Shown in pieces: positions 25,879 through 36,859 of a DNA stretch of 64,000 nucleotides. The DNA is from Hydrolagus colliei (taxonomy: Eukaryota), in contig CM068757.1 in the NCBI GenBank assembly GCA_035084275.1, forward strand, positions 5,332,001-5,396,000. Reading direction: 5' to 3'. Positions within the stretch are counted from its first letter, which is position 1. Every line of letters begins with the position of its first letter. The position numbers and the translations under genes were made by a program. The notes beneath the pieces are model-generated. The model did not search any database, was not told where the DNA came from, and saw only the letters and a list, made by a program, of their open reading frames with translations.

Positions 25879-27677
25879 TAAATTTTCATGATTCTATAAG
25901 TTCTCACAGATACAGAACTTCTTATTTTAATCTTAATAGGCAGCATTGAATTGGTCCATTTGCCTGTCTGGCCTCACCTAAGTGCTACAGTAATATTCCA
26001 CTACTGATGGCATGGGATGCTTCTGAACTGCTTTCCTGTTCAGTTTCTGGTTGAGTTGAGCATGTTGATAAGAAACTAAGGGAACAGCTCGGCATTGACA
26101 GTGTAATGTAAGGTATTAATTGTGTAAATGCAAACCACTCCATTTTAATCAAAGAAGCATGAACTTGTTAGGATCTTCAAATTGCTTGGCTGGATCTGGA
26201 ATTCTTTCAGTTGATCAATCCTAATTATTGCTGGAGTGCTTTGAGTTATCATCACAGGCAATGAGGACTAGATCGTAGTGTAATGTTCTGTCATCCTGCA
26301 GTTTTGTGATTGGATTTGTACATCACTGTCAGTTCTAAAGTTAGCTAGATTAATGTCCATTCCCCCAGTATTGGTCACTTGAGGAATTTGCTGACCAGAG
26401 TAAAACCGAGCCACACATCCCAAAGGCACTTAACTCTGTTTGGGTTCTGTGCTGAGTAGGATGATTATTGTAGACTGGAGGAGAGAACAATCTCCAGTGT
26501 CTTTAGTGGGGGGTGAGGAGGGCAGAGGCAGGTTGGAAATTAGTTCAGCTTATTTTTAAATTCCACGTGGAATTTATTGCATTGCAGATCTGGAATAAAA
26601 GCTGCCTAGTCCTGTTTCACACAATTATAAGCATTGCAGTGAGGAACGAGCCTTTCTCTGCTGAGGTGTGGAGTCACCATTAATTGGGTCTATCCATGTG
26701 CACTGACTCAGATGCAGTTTGAGGCAGTCAAGCACGCTGCCGGGAAGAAAATCCTCTTAGCGCTAAGCGTGTTGGCTTTCCTAAAGCGTGATTATAATGG
26801 CAAATCATCATGACAGGATAAACAGGTTGATAGAATATTTCCTGTTTGCTCTTGGGGAAGAGATAAACGGTACACTTTAAGCAGATCAGATTCGGGGATG
26901 TAAGACATTTAAATGCAGATGTAAGATCATGCTTGTATCCCTTCTCTTCCCACCCAACTCTCCTCCCCTCCCCCCCCCCCACCCGCCCCCACCACTGGAG
27001 AAAAAATATTAGAAAAGGTACTTTGGATATTCAGTGGAATATTTAATGCAATATTCAAATTCTGAAATGTTTTACTCTTCTTTCTCCTTTCAAATAATTT
27101 CTGAACAATGAGAGTGCAATTAAATCCACATCTAAGCAGTTATTGCACAAATGTTGTGCTTCACTATCACTGAGCAGCCAGAGCCACACTCAGTACAATG
27201 GAGTGAGAACTCCAGCGTGAAAGAGCAGTGCTAAACATGCAGCAACGTGAAACGTAAACGACCAGTGAATGAACATTTGCTGTTCATTCGGCTTTCAGTG
27301 CCACAGAGTGAGGCTTGGCCTGCAATATGGTCTTAGTTGCTGCCAGGGATTTAATTTCAGCGTGGAAGCGACCTTCAGTCTCATTGAGTCAAAAGTTATT
27401 TGGCTGGAGGCGAGAGGTGAAGGGCAGGTTTGGGAATATCTGAGTGGCCTGATTCCCATCAAGTCATGAGAGCTATGGGGGAAGCTGGGTGAGGAATCTA
27501 TTGGGTGGCGATTACAAAAGGGAATCCTTAAGAAAGAATCCTAGCAAAAAGGATTCCTTCTGTCACACCAAGCTTGGGGACTCTGCCTCAAAAGCAAAGT
27601 GCCATAGAACAGAGTTCCTGTGCGTCAACGCAACACATTTATGCTTTATTGGGAAATCCTGGTAGAAATATAATATA

Positions 27678-28070
27678 AATATAATAATCCTTGCATTTGA
27701 TATAGCACCTTATCATGTTGTTGAGGTGTCTCAAAGTTCTTCACAGAACATATAATATAATAATCCTTGCATTTGATATAGCGCTTTTCACATCTTCTCG
27801 ATGTCTCAAAGCGTGTCACAGAATATACTGTAAAGTGAATTGACTGCATATTTGTGAGCGAAATGCGGCAGCCAATTATGCACGGCATTGTCCCACAAAC
27901 AGCAGTGGATTGAAATTACCAATTTTATTAATGTGTTCTTTTGGGAGGGATTATTATTAGGCGTGTGAAGTAAGGAAACCTACCCAAGGTTTTGCTCTGA
28001 CCTGCCTGGATTCGAACACAGTATCAAGCTTGAAAGGCGAGTGTTCTAACCCACTGAGCTACAGTACTCC
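27678..28070 (-). mobile_element. Full-length young SINE with a second tandem 3' tail
   Basis: Head at ~27990-28070. Two successive ataataatccttgcatttgatatagc tails begin at ~27681 and ~27756. Confidence 0.9.
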
Positions 28071-28953
28071 ACGTATTGAAATGACTGCATGCTGTATTAG
28101 ACTCGGTTACAGTATTTGGATGGGGAGTTTTGAAGTTGAATTCCCCGCTTTGGCCTAGTGCAACCCCTCTTTTAAACAGCGAATGACGTGACCCTGTGCC
28201 AAAGCTGCCACATGGGGCAATCAGCTCCCTTTCACAAGCATTCTGTGTCTTTCATGTGCCAGCCAGCACGCACTGTGATGAATGCCAGCTGCAGGCGAGT
28301 AAATTTGTCTTTTGCATGACGTAGAATGATTGAGGAAATTCAACATCGACGATCAACATGAATAATATTGTAGCTGTCCGGTATTTAGAGCAAGTTTTGA
28401 AAACATTTCTGGTGTGAAAATAGATCCAATAAATCTCCAAGCCGTTGACGAGACTGTACAATGGCACTTTCCTTAGAACTCCCGACACTAGTACATCGCC
28501 TAGTGGTTCTTAGTGGCAGAGACAGAATCTCAGTGGTTTGGAGCTAAGGCCTTGGGTAGAGCCCAAGAATCTGCACAGAAGTGAGCGAGGGAGGGAGAAT
28601 TTGAAATCTCCTCTATTTGTGTTGCATTCACACGCAAGCCGGATGTGAGTGTTCACCTAACCACCTCTTTAGCACGGGGTGCCATTGTATAGTTGTCCTG
28701 GCAGCTGGGTGCTCTGCAGGAGTAGTCTGGGCACACGGCCCTCTTGATTTATTGTTGACGTCTGTGCAGGATCACGGAGCTTCCATTCGCAGCCGTTCTG
28801 TGTTAGACCAGCTCAGGTAGGAAGCAGTCGGATCTCCTAGAGGGCCACTTGCACAATGGAAACTGTTAATCTATCCCTCTCACTCGAATCCTGATTAACC
28901 AGTTTTCTCTTAACATCAATTTAAGAAATTTGCCACTTTAGAAATTCCACCTT

Positions 28954-29035
28954 CCCCTCCCAACCACCCCCCGCCCCACTCCCCCCTCCCCCCTCCCCCG
29001 CCCCACAACCACCCCTTCCCCATCCCCCCTACCCC
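28954..29035 (-). repeat. C-rich low-complexity tract (G-quadruplex-capable on the minus strand)
   Basis: Multiple runs of 3-6 C separated by 1-7 nt. Confidence 0.7.
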
Positions 29036-31116
29036 TGCAGCACAAAGTAACTTTCCAATGCCCACCTCCAGTCACTACAATTTACAGTGTATCCCATGAA
29101 GCGCTTTAGGACGTCCTTCTGGCACTATCAATATGCAAGGATGATGATTATTATTATTGTGTACCCTCGCTTAATACAACTCTTATCTAAGTAGCTTCCA
29201 TCCATGTAATGTCTTTCATGGAAAAGAAAGCACTTGGGAACCGAAGCCGGGGAGTTCAGAGATTTAAACATGTTGACCGATGGCGCGGTTTAGACAGGCG
29301 TTGACGACATGGGAGCCGAGGCAGCAAGGCAAATTGATTTGGGAAGCGCGTGGCAGGCAGCAGGGATACAGTGATTGAAAACGAGTGTACAAGTGTTAGA
29401 TCACTGCTGAATATCCAGTGCGATCCCATTCTCCTATCAATCACTGCCTTCGCACAAAGGAGAAAGTGTGGAATTGGGGAAAGCCCAATTGCCCAACCAG
29501 TTATTTCTACACACTGTGCACCACGTGCCCTATGCATTTCATCTGCTGCAGGAAATGTTCTGTAAACTATCTCCCTGACCTTAAAGGTAATGAAGTGAAG
29601 CCAAACACGTACAGGATATGCCTCCATTATTCCTCTCTGGCCTCCCGCTTTCCATCAATGACATTTGAATGGTTGAAGGGTCCAGCAGCACAGGGATGAA
29701 CCATCACGCTCCTCAGAATATTCGATCATCTTTGTCTTTTCGTATCTCTATAACCTTCGGTCTGTTTCCTAATGAGATGTTTGACTAGCTCATTTTCTTT
29801 TCTTTAAAAAAAAGCTGATTGACAGCGAACCTTTTCTTCGACGAAGGAGCGATAAAGGGTTACGACTTTCTTGTGAGTTGCAGATTTCTCAGCAAGTGGA
29901 TTGTTTCCTGTTCAAATAAGGTGAAAAATCATATGCCGTGTAGCCCCATTCTTACATGCACAATACAATTTATAGTTACATAGCGTCTTTTATGTCAGGA
30001 GGGTGACTCAAGCATGAGTTTGATTAAAATGGACAACTTCCGGGCCATTAGACGACTACCACCAGTCATTTAATGCTCGTGGCAGCAAAGAAGTGATGTC
30101 GGTGGTGACCTGATGTCCCGCAAGTCTGGCTTGTGTGGCTGATGCACAGGGAAAGCGCTGAAAAGCTGGATCCTCGCAATGAAATCAGTTAATGTGTCTC
30201 ACTATAACGTGGGTTGGGATTTTATGGATATAATGAGGCTCCAGTGTCTAGCCTACGCAGTGGTATATGTGATTCAAATGTCGGCTGATCTTTATATGTC
30301 TTCCTGGGCTTTTATAAACATTGCTTGTCATCATTTGAAGCTCTTGATGTGACTACAACTGAGAATGTGTGGGGCATTGCTGTGCGGAAATTGGCCATCA
30401 CCTTCGCCCACAAAATGCACAACCACTGCACTTTACAGTATATCTTGTAAAGCTCTTTGAGGCCTCCTCCCAATGTGAAAGGCGCTTTACCAAATGAACA
30501 ACAGCAACAAAATTACATTTGTACTGTATAGCGCCTTTCATGTCAGGAGGACGTCCCAAGGCAGTGGATATATTAAGGATTATTATTATTGTTTTAAACT
30601 TGCTACTTTGCATTATTCTATGGTTCAGAGCTGACTAATTTATCAGTAAAATACCGATAGATTAAACAGCTCAGGCGTATGCAGCGATTCACAAGATGCA
30701 CAGTGTTTAATAATACACAGTAACATGACTACAATGTCCCAGGGGATACACAATTTGTCACAATACAATGGAAGAAGCGGTTTGAAAAAGAGAGTTTGCA
30801 AATTGCGAAGTGTGGGCAGATCTGTCGCATATACTGCTGTTTTGCGAAAGAGTTCCCGTGGAAACCGAGGCATGGAATTTTGCTAATCACCCCAGTTACA
30901 TCAGCAACCTTCTGTTATTCCTAAGGCAATACCCAGTAACGTAGCCCAGACATCTCTTCTAGAAAGTCCTCTTGTTTGTGCCATTTTGGTTGTCGCTGTA
31001 ATACTGCTCTCTGCCCCACTATATTCTGAGAGAAGCCATACATTACACATGTGTGGAGTGCAACATAATGGCGCAAGAGGTTAACACTGTAGGCCTCTGA
31101 TGGATTTTATTTTGTA

Positions 31117-31335
31117 GTCAGCCAAGCTTAGTTGGCAACACCCTTGCCTTTGAGTCAGAAAGTTGTGGGTTCAAGTCCCATGTCTCATATTGGGACTTTG
31201 AGATTATGTCCTGGGCTGACATTGCAATTCTCAGAGTTTGCTGTCCCACAGATGAGATTGTTGATGCGAGATCCCGTCTGCCTGTTCAGGATCTGTTCAA
31301 GAACCCATTATACTATTCTAAAAGAGAAGGAGTTT
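31117..31335 (+). mobile_element. DeuSINE-type 5' portion
   Basis: gagtcagaaagttgtgggttcaagtccca...ggctgaca...gatgaga...ccgtctgcctgttcagg, homologous to the 19475 copy. Confidence 0.72.
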
Positions 31336-34300
31336 AGCCTGTCATTAGTCTGTCAAAAGAAAAGTTTCACTTTGCAGTTCATACGTTAAAACGGAAGTGT
31401 TGCTCGAGGAATAGTCTTGAAGACTATGGGGGAAGAGAACTAGAACTTGGGGATAAATTAAATACAAAGCAATCAAGAAAAGCAGTAGCATTCACATCAT
31501 CTCCCCTTGGTGCCCAAAATTTCCTTTTCTTACAAGACTTTTTGGCTGGTTTGTAAAGTGAGAAGTGCACAACAAATCGAATCGTTAGCTTGGCAAAGGT
31601 TTTTGTTTAAAATGCTGAATCTGTACCAGCATTGAGAGGCAATTTTGTAAAATAATGTGTTCTGGCAAACATTTGTTGTAGACACAGTATTACAGATAAG
31701 TGGACGTAAAAGGCAGTTGTATTTCATTCACGATTGTGACTGTCGTGGTACTGTAGAATCCCCCAATCCACATTCTGATTCCATTAAGGAAAGTAACCTC
31801 TCAGCTCTATCCCCCACCTGAGACGGGAATGTGATATCAAGACATACTGTGATAGATATGTATCAAGAAAGGGCATCAGATTAGAACTAAAAACAGAACT
31901 AAATAAAGTAGATAGCCTTTTTAAAAAAAAACAAGAACAAAGGATTCCACATAAAACCTAAGCATGAACTAAAAAACTTAACTGGTGTCTTTTTTTGCTG
32001 TGTCAGGCTAGCCTCTGGCACCTGATTAACTTCAACCAGAGCTGACAGGTTACAGTGCTCAGAATCTACCTTTCCTGGGATTTAGGAACTAAGCTTGATG
32101 CAGCAACAACAACATTACATTTGTATAGTGCCTTTCATGTCGAGAGGATGTCCCAAGGCGTTGGAACGAACTCACGCTGTCCTGCCGCCTCACAGGAAGC
32201 AGCCGTAAAGAAAATGCATATTTTATTACCTTTCACAATCAAGTATGTATTTAACTTTCATTATTCACGTACCTTCTCAGCAGACCCGTCACTGAGACCC
32301 TGTCAGGCCGAATGACGCACGATCCGATGACCCCTTTCGCACAGGAAGCCTGCGAAATGGGGTCAGGCTACAGGTGGGAGGGGTTACGGAGCTGCCTCTC
32401 TGTTGGGTGACCCATGGTGGAAACCGTGACTGGGGTAGCGAGTGCCTCCGCCCTCAACCATAAAGCAAACGGATCATCTACCATGCAGCTGACCTTCTCT
32501 GTGATAAGACACTGCAGTCCTATCGGTCGGTGCCTGCCAGTACAATCGGTTGAGTAACGTACGACCACTTTAGGAGCTAGTACCAGCATCAGCACCAGTA
32601 TTGTGAGGTTATTTTAAAACTGAGAACAATGTGTTTGATGTTGATATTGGTATTACAAATATAAAATGCAGTTGTATTTTATTCACTATTGATCGTGACA
32701 TTCCTGGTACCAGGGTGGAATTTGACCCCCCCCCCCCACCCCCCGCCGCTCTTTGAAGGAGAGCAACATCCCACTTCGCTCTCCTCTCTCCCCCGCCCCT
32801 CCTCCCTCCCACCGGACTGAGAGTAAAATGTACTGGTAAATGCAACGCTTCCATGACTTGTGCTCTGGGAGGCTATCCTGTGTGAGAGGCACTGTATAAA
32901 TGGAAGTTGTTGTTGACCTGTCAGTGAAACACAACCCGTATTCTAATTTAAACACTTTAAGCACAGCTAGCATTCAGGAGAAGCATATGTGGAATAAATC
33001 TGTAAAGGTGAAAGTGGGGTAATGCAGCACATCGAAGGCTTAAGCATGAATCATTGCCAAAAGCCTCAGCTGCCTTGTGGTGTGAGGAATGGAAATGAAA
33101 CAGTACCTCAGGGCAACTCTTCATCTTCCTGAGATACTGTAGGCCTGAAGCAGAGTTTCTAGTTTATTTCCGCTTGCAACTTATTGCCCCCATCCCACCC
33201 CACATTGCTTAGGTTTCCGCACCATCTCTGTGAAACACAGACACGATCCTTTACGTGAAGGTACCATCCAACTGCAAGTTGTTCCTGAAATGTTAAAACC
33301 CAGAGCTCTTGGGATGTCCGCTGGTGGAAAGTCTGTAAATCTCCACAATTTCCAACCCAAATGCTGTTTTCACACCTAGCTTATTTGCAGATTGTAATGG
33401 TACCCTGGCATAAGAGATTTGACCGAATCTTGTACTGCTATTTATCTTGAAAACTACCTGTACAGTAATCAGACAAGTACAGTGCCCTTTTTTTGTAACC
33501 AAATGTAACAACCACTTTACACTTGAAGTCCATACCCACAGAATGTAGGATATTGTCCATAATTTTCGTACCTGGTCTGTTCTCTGGAAAAGCCCAGTTA
33601 AGTAACAGATTAAACCGAAGGAAATTGCAGCAGTTCTCAAACAGGCAGTACTTTAGTGTTGTCTTTATTGAGGTCTGTATCATGGAAGGAAACACAAGGA
33701 AGTTCACTATCCTGCAGATCCTACCCTGGCATCAGATATTGAGCATGTTTGGGTTCATGTGTTCACTAAATACACTACTGGGACGGTGGGATTAGACTGT
33801 TCTGTGCACACATTGCAGCAAACCCATTGATGTGGATTAAACACTGTTCTGCTCTGTTTGCTAAATATAGTACATTTGTTTCCTGTGTGTCTATAAATAG
33901 CTAATGTATTTTTAAGTTTAAAAAAGAAATTCTAAATGCACAATTGTATGATAAATCTGCATTCACCGCAGGACAAATTTCCTAAATTTACCCCAAAAAA
34001 CAACAGTTTTAGCAGAAGCCGCATCAACCCTGAAGTAACCAGTGTCTCTATAAAAACAATGTTGATGGCATTTCATTTGAAGAATGACTCATTATCATTT
34101 CACCGCTAAATGTTTGTTCCAGGTTTGTTAAGGAAGTGCGGCACTGCAAGATAGCAGCTCCCATTAAAGGTAACACAACTAAATTGATACACTGGGGACA
34201 TTTACTCATATGAATTGACTCTCGGGTAGCTTGCTTTGAACTGGACTAATCTTTAATAAAGTGTGCATTTGTCAGATCAATTATTAGCAACAAACCTGAG

Positions 34301-34861
34301 GTGCTGGCCACACGGACAGTGATTTAAGCATTGCCTGCATTTCACTTCAGTAGTTACAAGGCACCGAGTAAAAGTGCCACCAGACGATAGGAGGAACAGA
34401 GCACAGGCAAATCAATGTCAGTATTTATTGGGATCAATTTTTTTTTATTATCTTGTTATTAGCAGTACAATTATATTAAAAGAAACCTGATTTGCACAAC
34501 TAGAAAATTCACGCCCCGTCCTCCATAATAACAGTCCTCCCGTTTGATTTAATGCTGTCAAGCGAGAGCATATTCTCAAAGTGCTTCACTTGCAAAGGTT
34601 AAAGTGGAGTGACTGAATACATGTTGCGGTTAGATTTTGTTAGATAAACATTCAAAATAAAATCTATACATGAGGCGGAAGCAAAGAGAAGAACATGAGA
34701 GGGACGGAAGAGTGGTTTGAGGCTCATAGGATAATAATTTTACTACTCATAAATACCCTTGCATTTGATTTATTGCGTTATCGAGTCGTTGGGACATCTC
34801 AAAGCGCTTCACAGGAGTAAAGTGGATTGACTATTGTCATTTTGTGGATCAGGTATATGGT

Positions 34862-35959
34862 TCTGTCCTTGCTAGCCACCCATCACCACACGAATTCACT
34901 ATTTTGTGTTCCGACTTCAGCTGATGAGAGTTGACTGCTCTGTGGTGGGAGGCATTGGGGCTGGCACAGTACTCTACACAATACTGGGCAGAATGATGCA
35001 CAGGATGAGGTTACCTTGGTAATGAGATTTCAGGTCACAGTAAGGAGGAGGTGAAGCAGATGCTGTTACATATTGGACTGAAATATCTGGAAATAAATAA
35101 GATTTTGATTTAGTTTATTGACTCCTGCCCTGTATTGTGTTCTCTTTTACTTTGATGTTTCCCTGAATGAAAGTGAGTGATCAGTCAGCCTTGTTGGTGT
35201 TGGTGAAGATGTATGCTATTCTTTAAAAACAAGCATTTTTCATATTTGTTTCAAAATAGCTCTGATCAGGTTTGGTGATTAGAGAGCAGTAAATCATCAT
35301 TTTCTAGGTTGATGTTAACACGGAACTTAGATTCCAGTTGTGTGTTAGGTTATGTGAGTCAGTTCATAATGTGGAGAATAGTGTGCATCTGGGAGTGTTC
35401 TACAGGTTTTTTTTGCACACTTGAGGAACTTTGATGGTAGTATAACAATTAGGTTGATGACGTATGGCCTCATTGGAACCTGCCGAATGTGTGAAATCTT
35501 TCAGCCCATTAACAGCCCATAATCTTTCAATGCCTCTCTCTTCTTTTAATAAGTGAGCGCCCATGTTCTGCCACCGGAATTTCTTTTTAACCGTTAACCA
35601 GTAATTTTCCTATTAACGTCACTTTTTCTCTCATGTGTTTTACTGTCCTGCTCGACATTTTGCGTCTGCGGGAGTTATACAGTAGAAGCCCGTTTATCCG
35701 GCACCCGTGGGACCTGACCAATGCCGGTTAAAGGCGCCTGCCGGATATTCGGGCGGCCCGCGGCCGAAAACCCACCACAAAAAAATTAAAGTTCTTTTTA
35801 CACACACCAGACTAAGTAATGGCAGATAGTGACAGAATGGCCAGTGACAGAAAGTGCCAGCCCCAATGCCTCCCACCACAGAGCAGTCAACTCTCATCAG
35901 CTGAAGTCGGAAGACAAAATAGTGAATTTGCGTGGTGATGGGTGGCTAGCAAGGACAGA
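34862..35959. repeat. 106-bp inverted repeat pair (34862-34967 and 35854-35959)
   Basis: tctgtccttgctagcc...ggggctggcac versus gtgccagcccc...ggctagcaaggacaga, with 3 mismatches by hand count. Confidence 0.93.
35680..35795 (+). mobile_element. Probable pogo/Tigger-like DNA transposon left end
   Basis: TA|CAGTAGAAGCCCGTTTATCCGGCAC with an internal inverted tgccggata. It is CpG-rich against an AT-rich background. No right end was found. Confidence 0.55.
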
Positions 35960-36089
35960 GTTGATGCTTGTTGTTGGGGCTGCTCTCTTGCGACAATGTG
36001 GGTTATATATTATACATCATATATATTATGTATAATATATTACACATAATATTTATTATATATATAATAATAATAACTTGCATTTTATA

Positions 36090-36211
36090 TTGCGCAAATG
36101 GGAGTAAGGAAACTTACCCAAGGTTTCCTTATTGGAATGCCCTGCCTGGAATTGAACCCAAGGTCTCTTGCTTGCCAAACGAGTGCTCTAACCACTGAGC
36201 TACAGGACTCC
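36090..36211 (-). mobile_element. SINE head embedded in TA-rich low-complexity sequence
   Basis: gagtgctctaaccactgagctacaggactcc is the reverse complement of the head. It is flanked by TA-rich tracts at ~36003-36075 and ~36215-36238. Confidence 0.85.
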
Positions 36212-36479
36212 AGGATTATATAATATATAAAATATATAGGCAGACAAAGCATGCTGCCCTCATACAATAAGATAATTCTGCACTTGCAAATTAGCACCCA
36301 TTGTTTGGAGGTCTTTGAGAGTGTTCAACTGGCTGAGGTATTATTGAAACGCTCTGAGACGCCGTCCAGCGTGGAGGGAGCTATACAAATCAAAGTTGTT
36401 GTTGTTTTATTACATTAAATACCAGATTTATGATGCCAGGAAATGAACACTGATGAATGTAGAATATTAGAACTCTGTA

Positions 36480-36586
36480 TAGAGTGACCAAACAGTGGTG
36501 ATATCATTAGAATGTCTGATGAGTCTTTTATAAAAAAAAGTTTTTTTAGATAATAATATAGATATCGCAACTGTTTGGCCACCCTG
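36480..36586. mobile_element. Tc1/mariner-type MITE (107 bp)
   Basis: 26-bp imperfect terminal inverted repeats: tagagtgaccaaacagtggtgatatc versus the reverse complement of the right end, cagggtggccaaacagttgcgatatc (5 mismatches). TA flanks both sides (36478-79, 36587-88) and the interior is AT-rich. Confidence 0.75.
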
Positions 36587-36780
36587 TATTAACCTGTCTT
36601 CTCTAATTGTCTGCATTATTTGTATGGAAATACTGCATTGCACAGCTCGGATGTTTGAAAGGATTTCTGAGGTGATGTTGACGACAAGTAGATCAGAAGA
36701 TGCATTGAAATCTTCTCAGGAAAGCAGCAAATAAAAAGATGCAGAATGGAACAGCATCATGCTGGATCAATAGACTAAAT

Positions 36781-36816
36781 CTTGTTTTGTTTTTCTTCTC
36801 TCTTTTTAGATTACAG
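36781..36816 (+). promoter_or_regulatory. LRRC4C: Polypyrimidine tract and 3' splice acceptor(s) of the LRRC4C coding exon
   Basis: cttgttttgtttttcttctctctttttAG (AG at 36808-36809), then attacAG (AG at 36815-36816). The exon would start 50 or 43 nt before the ATG. Confidence 0.8.
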
Positions 36817-36859
36817 CGATAAATTGAATTTAAGACAACAAACATCCAATAAATTATGA

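Noticed and set aside
32324-32365. ccgatga...gaaa as a possible hammerhead ribozyme
   Set aside because: The core is CCGATGA rather than CTGATGA and the spacing does not fit. The sequence folds better as a simple hairpin.
34921-34945. CTGATGA followed by a short GAG/CTC stem, resembling a hammerhead ribozyme core
   Set aside because: The required GAAA after stem II is absent and no stems I/III are evident.
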